Shown here one piece after another: positions 17,300 to 25,476 of a stretch of 64,000 nt of DNA. A program made the translations under genes and the position numbers. Location of the stretch: the NCBI GenBank assembly GCA_963707865.1, contig OY970175.1, positions 630,028-694,027 of the forward strand, given 5' to 3'. This DNA comes from an uncultured bacterium (GTDB taxonomy: Bacteria > Patescibacteriota > Minisyncoccia > UBA6257 > 2-01-FULL-56-20). Position 1 is the stretch's first letter; each line of letters opens with the position of its first letter. The notes beneath the pieces were generated by a model. It searched no databases. It was not told where the DNA came from and worked only from the letters and a program-made list of their open reading frames with translations.

Positions 17300-19204
17300 T
17301 TGATTATGAATCAGCGCATAAAAAATTTATTGAGAGATAATATGAGATGGTTTGTGATAGCTCTCGCGGCATTATTAATCGTATGCGGGCTTTCGATTTA
17401 TTTCTTTTATTCAAACGAATCAACCAAATCGGTCGCGGCCAGAACCCCTCAAGAACTTTTAATTGAAAACGTTGGGCTTGCCGAGTTCAACCCGCAAAAC
17501 GATGCAACTGCCACTGTTGTGTCGTCCCAAGAGAAAACGATGGGTCAAGCGGTGATAACTGCCGGACAGCTTGCCGGAGATGGTACTGATAAAGCAAAAG
17601 TTCAACAAGCCATAGATGCGTTGGGCGGGATTATAAAACAATATCCTGATTTCTCGGCCGTTTATATGCAAAGGGCGATGGATTTATTACTCCTAGGAAG
17701 TACGGATTACCAGAGCATCACACAAGATGTTGATAATGCCATCAAGTTTTGTGGCAAGGGTAAATACAACATAGAGTCGATTGGCTGCGACTCGACTGCA
17801 CCAATGTATGCACTAAGAGCGAAGGTGGACGTACTTTCCGGTAACTACCAACAGGCGATAAATGATTTAGAAACAGCCGTCGATATAGACCCGAGCAATT
17901 TGGGAGATGTCTTCAACACTGGAGGAGTCAAGCCTAGCGACACCTCAAATCCGACGGCACTACAGGAGGCGGACTTCAACGCTATGGTCGCCCAATATCC
18001 AAACGATTACCGTTCTTATCTTTTCCGGGGGCTATTTTGGAATGAATTTTCTTTTTATGACAATTCATATTACGCTCCTGCCGTCAAAGACGTGAAAGAA
18101 GCTATAAGCCTAAACCCGAATTCGTGGGTGGCGAATTATATTCTTGGAAGCATCTATCAAAAAGGGGCGACGTGGATTTACTCATGGAAACTCAGCGGCG
18201 GAACTGCGGCTTACGATAGTGCTCGCGCTACGGTGAACCAATCTGCCGTGCAATATTTCAATATAGCCATACAACTGAATCCTAGCTCCACTATTGCATA
18301 CAGCGACGCGGCGGAAGCTCTTTCGGAATTAAACCAATATCCGCAAGCTATAGCCGATTATAATAAAGTTACGGAACTAGACCCCACTAATTTCGGGGCG
18401 TTCAATGATAAGGCGCTGGCGGAAGAATCCACTAGTTCAAATAGCGACTATTATAGTGCGATAGATGATTTTTCCGAAGCAATCAATTTACAATTAGCGA
18501 CTTCCTCTCATAAGTATTTGGAAGGAAGCTATCAAAGCCGCGGAGATGCCTACGTTCACCTCAACGAATACGCTAACGCCATCGCCGATTATAGTAATGC
18601 CATAGGCCTCACTATTGCCAACGATGCTATATTGATGCCAGTCTCCCAGTTTAGGGCTATATATCCGGAGTTTAGCAGTGTATCAGATGCAAACTTAGTC
18701 GAAGGGTTGCGCCAAAAATATGACCCGAATATCAGCCCTACAGACTTTGCAGCTCAGATAGCAAAAATTAGCCAACCCTTTGAGGACTCAATTTTGGCTG
18801 GCCTTTATTCTAGTCGTGGGGATGCGTATTGGAGTGAAAATAATTTCAAGAAGGCCGTGGCGGAATATACTAGGGTTGCTGGTGCCGATTCTACTTACGA
18901 CCTTAACAGATGGAAGATGTTTTCTAGCAACCTCAATACTACTAGCTACTTAGATACGCAAACGTTAGATGTCTCTACGAGTACGGTGTCCTTGTGGGTC
19001 AGGACGATTAATAACAATACCTCGAACTACAACGAGCAGAATTATCAGATTGATTGCGCTGGGAAAAGGATACAGTCCCTTACGTCCGTGAGTTACGATG
19101 CTTATGGCAATGAATTGAATACTCTTGGACAACAGGGTTGGGAGAGCGTTATTCCTCAAAGCATGGGGGAGGTTCTCTATAACGGAGTTTGCTCGTCTCA
19201 GTAA
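17300..19204 (+). CDS. Membrane-anchored tetratricopeptide (TPR) repeat protein.
   Basis: N-terminal transmembrane helix. The rest consists of repeated TPR-like motifs (AI..Y..AI.L.P.). It is AT-rich relative to the flanks. Confidence 0.55.
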   Translation: MIMNQRIKNLLRDNMRWFVIALAALLIVCGLSIYFFYSNESTKSVAARTPQELLIENVGLAEFNPQNDATATVVSSQEKTMGQAVITAGQLAGDGTDKAKVQQAIDALGGIIKQYPDFSAVYMQRAMDLLLLGSTDYQSITQDVDNAIKFCGKGKYNIESIGCDSTAPMYALRAKVDVLSGNYQQAINDLETAVDIDPSNLGDVFNTGGVKPSDTSNPTALQEADFNAMVAQYPNDYRSYLFRGLFWNEFSFYDNSYYAPAVKDVKEAISLNPNSWVANYILGSIYQKGATWIYSWKLSGGTAAYDSARATVNQSAVQYFNIAIQLNPSSTIAYSDAAEALSELNQYPQAIADYNKVTELDPTNFGAFNDKALAEESTSSNSDYYSAIDDFSEAINLQLATSSHKYLEGSYQSRGDAYVHLNEYANAIADYSNAIGLTIANDAILMPVSQFRAIYPEFSSVSDANLVEGLRQKYDPNISPTDFAAQIAKISQPFEDSILAGLYSSRGDAYWSENNFKKAVAEYTRVAGADSTYDLNRWKMFSSNLNTTSYLDTQTLDVSTSTVSLWVRTINNNTSNYNEQNYQIDCAGKRIQSLTSVSYDAYGNELNTLGQQGWESVIPQSMGEVLYNGVCSSQ

Positions 19205-19260
19205 TTATTATTTTGCACGTCGAAAAAATTCACGGCCATGCGGCCGTGAGCTATTTTTTG

Positions 19261-19678
19261 TGGGGGAGAAATTTTGGCACCACCGGACGAGGTGAAGCCC
19301 CCGAAGACACGAGCAACATTGTGGCCAATGTAGCGCGAGTGTCGGAGGGGGCTGAACATACCCAATCGGGGGTATTGTCGGGGGTCGGGGTTTTCAAGAA
19401 AAGCTAAGCTCTGCAACGGCCAGATGGCCGTCAGGGTAGTCAACTGTGATTGACGGGGTGATTGACTAGGCAAACCGGAGTGAAGTAGGACTTTGGATTT
19501 TCGGGTCGGTTGGTCAAAAAGACCAAGCAACACGGGGCAATCCGCGCCCGCTACCCCTTCAAATTGAGCATACCCAATTGAAGGGGTAATTGAAGGGGTA
19601 AACAGCTTCGGAATGTAGGGGTAAAACGGCTATGGTAGACTCTCAAAATACAGTCGAGCGGACTGGTACAGAGCCACA
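19261..19678. repeat. Right arm of the 418-bp inverted-repeat pair (IR-A').
   Basis: Perfect inverted copy of 15892..16309. It abuts IR-B with a 4-bp overlap. Confidence 0.8.
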
Positions 19679-19832
19679 AGAGTAGAGACTAAATCCTTAT
19701 TATAAAAATTCAGCCGCGCTTCGCGGAGCGAAGCGTATGGTGTGGTGGGGGTAAATTCGATACGACGATTTTTGAGAAGTATGTTCGAGCCGAAGATTTT
19801 TTGGGCGGACGATTTTTGGAGGGGTAAGGAAG
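19675..19832. repeat. Left arm of a second inverted-repeat pair (IR-B, about 158 bp).
   Basis: Reverse complement of 22520..22676. It starts with cacaag, which corresponds to the tRNA-Leu 3' junction sequence. Confidence 0.75.
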
Positions 19833-19835
19833 TCG

Positions 19836-20291
19836 TTATTTTTGAGGATGAGAAGAATCCCAGATTTTTAATATCTCTACATCGGCAGGAATATCATAGT
19901 CCGGTGCGAACTCATTGATTTTTTGAATCCGGCGCGTAGCTCTCTGCTTGCTAGCGTACTCAACATTTCTTTTACAAACATCAGGTTTTTTCTCGAAGCA
20001 CTGTATTTTTATTTCGACGCTAGGCACCGCTTTTTTGATTATGCTGATAAATTGTTCGCGTCTTTCTTTTGCACACCAAGCTATATCAGCAACAGCGCAG
20101 TTCTTCCCACTTTTTAATTTGGCGATTAGCTCGTCGTAGTGCAAACTATCTTCGACTTCGTCCGATGGAGCGTCAGCATGATAGTCGTGATAGACGCAAT
20201 CGCTGGCAATTTCACCCGATTTAATGAGTTCTTTAAGACGAAATGATTTCCCCGAGCCGGGCAAACCGATGATAACATTTAGTTTTGCCAT
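19836..20291 (-). CDS. P-loop NTPase / kinase-like protein (AAA_33 or zeta-toxin-like fold).
   Basis: Walker A motif GLPGSGKS near the N-terminus; 151 aa. It is the last gene of the XRE-hypothetical-kinase operon. Confidence 0.5.
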   Translation of the reverse strand: MAKLNVIIGLPGSGKSFRLKELIKSGEIASDCVYHDYHADAPSDEVEDSLHYDELIAKLKSGKNCAVADIAWCAKERREQFISIIKKAVPSVEIKIQCFEKKPDVCKRNVEYASKQRATRRIQKINEFAPDYDIPADVEILKIWDSSHPQK

Positions 20292-20307
20292 GTTTTTTAA
20301 TTAACTT

Positions 20308-20904
20308 TTAAGCACCATCCTCTAAAGAGCGGTCATCTAACACAAAGTTGATTTTGTCGCTCCTCTTGATAATAACCTCTAAATCTAAGTCGTCGTTACT
20401 AACTCTAATCACGGGGGTAATGCACTTGAAGCTAAAAATAATTTCATCCCCATCTTTAATAATTAATTGAATGTCTCTTATGACTTCGTAAAGACTAGCT
20501 CTGAAATTTTCCCAATCGAACTTGCCATCATATCCAATCTCTGGAAAAAAGTTAATAATATCTTCCTTTAAGCGGAGGAGTCCATAGTCGCGGAAACAAT
20601 CCCGTATTTTATTGGTCATTGCATCTAACCAATCGAGATGGCCTAATGCGTTTGGTTTGTTCGCTTCCGCCTTAATTAACGCATCGACATCTTTGAATAC
20701 TTTATAGGAAGCTCCGTGGAGGTACGAGTGGCAGACCCAATCTCTGTAAAATTTTATTTGATTGTATTTACCATCGCCGAATTGTTTATCGTATTTCCGT
20801 TCCAAAAATTTGTATGACTCTACAAAGAAATAGACCACGTCTCGTTCAGAATAAGTCTTCTGGCATATAACGTCTTTTATCTTCGTTTCTATGTCGCGTG
20901 TCAT
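20308..20904 (-). CDS. Hypothetical protein (partner of the P-loop kinase-like gene).
   Basis: 198-aa ORF, AT-rich, with no recognisable motif. It is spaced tightly from its neighbours. Confidence 0.4.
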   Translation of the reverse strand: MTRDIETKIKDVICQKTYSERDVVYFFVESYKFLERKYDKQFGDGKYNQIKFYRDWVCHSYLHGASYKVFKDVDALIKAEANKPNALGHLDWLDAMTNKIRDCFRDYGLLRLKEDIINFFPEIGYDGKFDWENFRASLYEVIRDIQLIIKDGDEIIFSFKCITPVIRVSNDDLDLEVIIKRSDKINFVLDDRSLEDGA

Positions 20905-20911
20905 GTTTTAA

Positions 20912-21118
20912 TCAGCTTAATAATCTGTTTATAGGCACAGCTAAGGCCTTTGCGATTTTCTCAATTCCTCCTATAGATATATTCCGCACGCCGCGCTCGA
21001 CACTACTTATGTAAGCAGGGTGAACGCCCAAAATCTTGGCGAGGTCGCCCTGCGACAGCTTCTTTTTGAGGCGCACCTCTTTAACTTTTTTGCCAAACCT
21101 TGCTGATATGTCGGTCAT
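20912..21118 (-). CDS. XRE-family HTH transcriptional regulator (Cro/CI-like).
   Basis: HTH motif LSQGDLAKILGVHPAYISSVERG. It is divergently oriented to the recombinase. Confidence 0.75.
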   Translation of the reverse strand: MTDISARFGKKVKEVRLKKKLSQGDLAKILGVHPAYISSVERGVRNISIGGIEKIAKALAVPINRLLS

Positions 21119-21192
21119 ATTTAGAGCTTGCGTTAATTCTACCGCCCATTATATGATTGTTCTATATAAAACAATTGTTTTATACTATCCTT

Positions 21193-22941
21193 ATGACCTC
21201 ATATTTCCTCTACGCCCGAAAATCCACCGATGTCGAAGATAAGCAGGTGCGCTCCATCGAAGACCAGCTCGCCGTCTTGCGTGCCTTGGCTAAGCAGGAG
21301 AACCTTCATATTTCCGAAGTGTTTGTGGAGAAACAATCGGCGAAGCGTCCGGGTCGTCCCGTGTTCGGCGAGATGGTTCGGCGTATCAACGAGGGAGAAG
21401 CGCAGGGCATCCTCTGTTGGAAGCTCGACAGGTTAGCCCGCAATCCGGTGGACGCGGCGCAGATAAGCTGGATGTTGCAGGAGGGCATCATCGAACACAT
21501 ACGGACGAACGACCGCGACTACCAGCCAAGCGACAACACGCTCCTTATGAATATGGAGTTCGGGATGGCGAACCAATATATTCTCGACTTGAGCGCGAAT
21601 ACGAAACGCGGCCTCCATGAGAAAGCGAAGCGGGGAGAGTATCCGAGCGTTGCCCCATTGGGCTATCAGAATGACTCGCGCACAAAGCAGATTGTCGTGG
21701 ATAGAAAAGAGTCGGTTATCGTCCGCGAAGCCTTTGAGCTGTATTCCCGCAATCAGTCCCGCCTTGAGGACATTTCAAAGTTCCTTTTCGATAAGGGCAT
21801 CCGCACCAAAGCTAACAACCGATGGATGAGCGAAGGCGGCAGGACGTGGAAACGCGACCAGATTACGGCGTTCCTATCGAACCCCTTTTATTGCGGCTTG
21901 TTCCGCTACGCCGGAGAGATTTTTGAAGGCAAATATACACCTATCATTTCCAAGCAACTGTTCGATAAAGTCCAAGCCGTCTTGAAGGAGCGGAGCAAGC
22001 CGCAGGTGAGAACCAAAGAACCGAAACCATTGTGCGGTTTGTTCCGTTGCGGCGAGTGCGGCCGGATGATTACGGCCGAAGTGCAGAAAGACCACACCTA
22101 TTATCGTTGCAGTAAGAAAGGGGTCGTCTGTTCCCAGCCCTATATCAGAGAGGAAGTTTTAGCAGTTCAACTATCCGATATACTAAAAGATTTCGCCGCG
22201 CCTTCGGATTGGGCGGTAGAACTTTCAAGAATGGCTGATGCCGACGAAGCGAACGCCATGCAATCCTCAATCGCGGCGAGCCAAGCCGTCAGAGAGGAGA
22301 TGCGGGTCATATCCCAAAAACTCCAGCGACTCCATCGGCTCTATTTGGACGAAGATATAGAGCGCGAGACCTATCTCGCGGAGAAGGAAGACCTCCTCTC
22401 CCGCCGGAAGTCGCTGGAAGGGAAACTCACCGGACTGGGCAATGGGTATCTGGCTTGGCTCGAACAGATGCGAGAGTGGATAAAAGACACATCATTACTT
22501 GGTGAAACTAGCGTTTCATCTTCCTTACCCCTCCAAAAATCGTCCGCCCAAAAAATCTTCGGCTCGAACATACTTCTCAAAAATCGTCGTATCGAATTTA
22601 CCCCCACCACACCATACGCTTCGCTCCGCGAAGCGCGGCTGAATTTTTATAATAAGGATTTAGTCTCTACTCTTGTGCCCGGGGTCGGAGTCGAACCGAC
22701 ACGTCCTTGCGGACAGCTGAGTTTAAGTCAGCTCTGTCTACCGGTTTCAGCACCCGGGCAAATCGGGTTGGAGGCCACGGCGGGAATCGCACCCGCGTAT
22801 AGCGGTTTTGCAGACCGCTGCGTTAGCTACTTCGCCACGTGGCCGTGCCTCAATCTTACTTTTTTAAGAGCGCTTTTTCAACCGCCGCAGCGTTCTCCAC
22901 GCCATGATCAAGGGATATCGATATCCGCGGCATCGGTTTGA
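21193..22941 (+). CDS. Large serine recombinase. The ORF reads through IR-B' and two tRNA genes without a stop, so the true C-terminus is uncertain.
   Basis: YARKSTDVEDKQ…SIEDQ resolvase domain, recombinase domain, Zn ribbon (CGLFRCGECGRM…YYRCSKKGVVC) and a coiled coil. The ORF starts at 21157 and ends at 22941. Confidence 0.8.
   Translation: MTSYFLYARKSTDVEDKQVRSIEDQLAVLRALAKQENLHISEVFVEKQSAKRPGRPVFGEMVRRINEGEAQGILCWKLDRLARNPVDAAQISWMLQEGIIEHIRTNDRDYQPSDNTLLMNMEFGMANQYILDLSANTKRGLHEKAKRGEYPSVAPLGYQNDSRTKQIVVDRKESVIVREAFELYSRNQSRLEDISKFLFDKGIRTKANNRWMSEGGRTWKRDQITAFLSNPFYCGLFRYAGEIFEGKYTPIISKQLFDKVQAVLKERSKPQVRTKEPKPLCGLFRCGECGRMITAEVQKDHTYYRCSKKGVVCSQPYIREEVLAVQLSDILKDFAAPSDWAVELSRMADADEANAMQSSIAASQAVREEMRVISQKLQRLHRLYLDEDIERETYLAEKEDLLSRRKSLEGKLTGLGNGYLAWLEQMREWIKDTSLLGETSVSSSLPLQKSSAQKIFGSNILLKNRRIEFTPTTPYASLREARLNFYNKDLVSTLVPGVGVEPTRPCGQLSLSQLCLPVSAPGQIGLEATAGIAPAYSGFADRCVSYFATWPCLNLTFLRALFQPPQRSPRHDQGISISAASV
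22520..22676. repeat. Right arm of IR-B. It overlaps the recombinase 3' end and terminates at the tRNA-Leu(TAA) 3' end.
   Basis: Inverted copy of 19675..19832. Confidence 0.75.
22675..22759 (-). tRNA. tRNA-Leu (anticodon TAA).
   Basis: Manual fold: acceptor GCCCGGG, anticodon loop CTTAAAC, long variable arm, T-arm GTCGG-TTCGACT-CCGAC. Confidence 0.75.
22769..22844 (-). tRNA. tRNA-Cys (anticodon GCA).
   Basis: Manual fold: acceptor GGCCACG, anticodon loop CTGCAAA, encoded CCA. Confidence 0.75.
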
Positions 22942-23182
22942 TATTGATCTTTTTCATCAAAAGATACTGAAGATAGCCCGCGCGTTTTTGGAGTTCGGCG
23001 AGTGCGGCGTCGCCCGCGGACGACGGGATCGCGCTCACGCTGACCTTTGCACGCTCCAACTTTTTATCCACCGTGACCCCGGTGATCGTGACGAACGCAT
23101 CGGGAAACTCAACCTCGCGGATTATGATCTTCGCAAGCTCCTCGCGTATCAATTTGCTCACCCGCTCCGAGCGAAAGTTCAT
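22856..23182 (-). CDS. rbfA: Ribosome-binding factor A.
   Basis: RbfA family, 108 aa (…SERVSKLIREELAKII…). It lies directly downstream of infB. Confidence 0.8.
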   Translation of the reverse strand: MNFRSERVSKLIREELAKIIIREVEFPDAFVTITGVTVDKKLERAKVSVSAIPSSAGDAALAELQKRAGYLQYLLMKKINIKPMPRISISLDHGVENAAAVEKALLKK

Positions 23183-24759
23183 TTGCGTATGACCAAGGTG
23201 TCTCCGACCTGCACGGTAACCTGCGAGCTTAAAAGAACGCCGATCTCTTTCCCTTTCTCGGCTTGCGCTATTTCCGATTTTTTCTCCCGCAAGCCAAGTA
23301 CTCTTCCTGTGCCAACTGACTTCGCGGGCTCTTCGATTGCGGCGGCTCCCTCGGCTCCTCCGACCACTGCGGTTCCCGCACGTCGCATTATCTCAAACGT
23401 GGACTTCCCGCGGAAGATACCCTTCGTCACGCGACCGCCGACAAGCTGCTTGTCTAATTTTTCCTGATTGAAAACCGCGAGCACCTCAAGTTCACCCGCC
23501 GTCGCGGGACCCAGTTTCCCCGTGAGGAAATCCTCCACGGCTTTTGCAAGATCATAGACGATGTCCGAGGTAATGATCATGACAGTCTGCGCCTCCGCAA
23601 GGTTCCTCGCTCCCTTCTCCACTTTATTTTTGAACCCGATGATCGTAGCGTTCGTCGCCTGCGCGCGGCGCACGTCGCCGTCGGTCACTTCGCCCACGGA
23701 TTCCTCAACCACATTGATCTCTTTACCTCCCTGCTTATTGACACCCTTCAAAACAACCGAAAGCGCCTCAAGCGACCCTGCGTCAGATGCTTTAAGGATC
23801 AAGTTCAGGGTGTTCGGCTTGGACTTTGCGATCTGGGTCGCGGCCGCGTCCTGTGCCTGCGGCGATTGTGCTTCCCTCAATTCTCCCACAGCGAACACTT
23901 CGCCCACCTTGGGCAATTTCTCAAAACCAATGACTACCGCCGGGGCTGACGGCTCCAAGGCAGAAACAGCTTTCCCCATAAAATCCTCAAGTATCTTCAC
24001 CTTGCCGCTTGAGGTGTGCGTCTTTATCGCGTCGCCGCGGTGGAGCGTTCCATCTTTTATGATCACGCTTGCTTCAATGCCCCGCCGCGGGTCGCGCCGC
24101 GTCTCAAGCACGTAGCCGGAGGCCGGCGCTTTTGGGTCATACGTCAAATCTTCCATATCGGAGGCGAGCAACGCAAGGTCAAGCAGCTCGTTCACTCCTT
24201 CACCTGTTTTCGCAGAAACCCCGTGATAGCTCACCTGTCCGCCGTAACCCTCCAGCATCACGCCCACATTCATCAAATCCGTTTTCGCTTTTTCAAGATT
24301 GCCGCCCTGCACCTTGTCAATCTTATTGAGCGCCACAATGAACGGCGTTTTCGTTTCGCCCAAAATTTTGATCGCCTCCTTTGTCTGCGGCTTCACACCT
24401 TCGTCCGCAGCGACCACAAGTATTGCAAGATCCGCCGCCTGCGCGCCCCGCGCGCGCATCGCCGTAAAGGCCTCATGCCCCGGCGTGTCGATAAAAGTGA
24501 TCTTGCGCAACGCGCCGCCACCCGTCGGCTGGTGCGCAATCTCATACGCACCCACAGCTTGCGTGATACCGCCCGCCTCGCGCACTGCAACGTTCGTCTT
24601 CCGAATGCAATCCAGAAGCGTCGTCTTTCCATGATCCACGTGTCCCACCACGACCACGATCGGCGGCCGCTGTTTTTGATTTTTCACCGAGATTTTGTCC
24701 ACCATAACGAATGAAATGTAGCAGAAAATCTTGATAAAAACAAGTTTCTCGTGTACCAT
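23179..24759 (-). CDS. infB: Translation initiation factor IF-2 (short form lacking the long N-terminal region).
   Basis: GTP-binding motifs ([25 protein letters not shown]). The start may be the internal MVDKI. Confidence 0.9.
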   Translation of the reverse strand: MVHEKLVFIKIFCYISFVMVDKISVKNQKQRPPIVVVVGHVDHGKTTLLDCIRKTNVAVREAGGITQAVGAYEIAHQPTGGGALRKITFIDTPGHEAFTAMRARGAQAADLAILVVAADEGVKPQTKEAIKILGETKTPFIVALNKIDKVQGGNLEKAKTDLMNVGVMLEGYGGQVSYHGVSAKTGEGVNELLDLALLASDMEDLTYDPKAPASGYVLETRRDPRRGIEASVIIKDGTLHRGDAIKTHTSSGKVKILEDFMGKAVSALEPSAPAVVIGFEKLPKVGEVFAVGELREAQSPQAQDAAATQIAKSKPNTLNLILKASDAGSLEALSVVLKGVNKQGGKEINVVEESVGEVTDGDVRRAQATNATIIGFKNKVEKGARNLAEAQTVMIITSDIVYDLAKAVEDFLTGKLGPATAGELEVLAVFNQEKLDKQLVGGRVTKGIFRGKSTFEIMRRAGTAVVGGAEGAAAIEEPAKSVGTGRVLGLREKKSEIAQAEKGKEIGVLLSSQVTVQVGDTLVIRK

Positions 24760-24772
24760 GACGAAGTAGTTT

Positions 24773-24859
24773 GGAGGCGTGGCTGAGCGGCTTAAAGCAG
24801 CATCCTGCTAAGATGTTAAGGGAGAAATCCCTTCGAAGGTTCGAATCCTTCCGCCTCCG
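24773..24859 (+). tRNA. tRNA-Ser (anticodon GCT).
   Basis: Manual fold: acceptor GGAGGCG, anticodon loop CTGCTAA, long variable arm, T-arm GAAGG-TTCGAAT-CCTTC. Confidence 0.75.
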
Positions 24860-25006
24860 CAGACAACATTTCTTATCGTGGAGCGCCTCGCTTAAGGCGG
24901 TAGTGCGACCGAGACATATTTTCTCTTAAAGAGGTCCAGTGTGAGTAAGTAAAGAATGATATAATTCTTGAAAGGTCGCGTACTTAATTAACCTCATTTT
25001 AAAAAC

Positions 25007-25162
25007 ATGGTAAAAGGAAACTTTCTTGGTGCGGCGATTGTTGCAATAATCTACACGATCTATATTTTATGGAATCCCCTTCCACCGACCCCACAAAAAG
25101 CATTATTAGTGATTCTTAATGCTTTAACTATCGTGTTGATGGCTTTTGCATTCAAAGGGTAA
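25007..25162 (+). CDS. Possible 51-aa small membrane peptide in an AT-rich spacer.
   Basis: ATG-to-TAA ORF encoding MVKGNFLGAAIVAIIYTIYILWNPLPP…, hydrophobic. It is below the ORF-track length cutoff. Confidence 0.2.
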   Translation: MVKGNFLGAAIVAIIYTIYILWNPLPPTPQKALLVILNALTIVLMAFAFKG

Positions 25163-25476
25163 AAGGGGGAAATAATAGCCGTGCAGTTCGAGTCCTAGCG
25201 CGGTGCGGTTTATAAAATCAAGATTTTGCAATGCTATTTCGGGATAGGACACTAGTACGACCGAACTAGTTCGAGTCGTAGTGCCCCCGCAGGGTTGCGC
25301 GCCCGTTCGAGGGACAGTCCCCCTACATTTTTCAATGCTTAGAGAGGTTCAGATTAGGCGACGAATTTAGGGGTTTGTCTGTCAGTCCAGAACTTTCCAT
25401 ATGTAGGCAGCATAGAGGTTTCTTCCGAGTCGGCACAGGCCTTCCAGAATAGGTATCCCGGTCTTGATCCTCTGTC

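Noticed and set aside
14861-22759. Whether tRNA-Leu(CAA) and tRNA-Leu(TAA) are att-site duplicates bounding island 2.
   Set aside because: The two tRNAs are different isoacceptors with different body sequences and sit in opposite orientations. They share only the first 9 nt of the acceptor stem, so they are not direct-repeat att halves.
22675-22941. The C-terminal 90 or so codons of the 594-aa recombinase ORF.
   Set aside because: This part of the ORF is a translation through two tRNA genes and repeat IR-B' with no stop. It is not credible as native protein sequence, and the true C-terminus is probably lost or lies before 22520.
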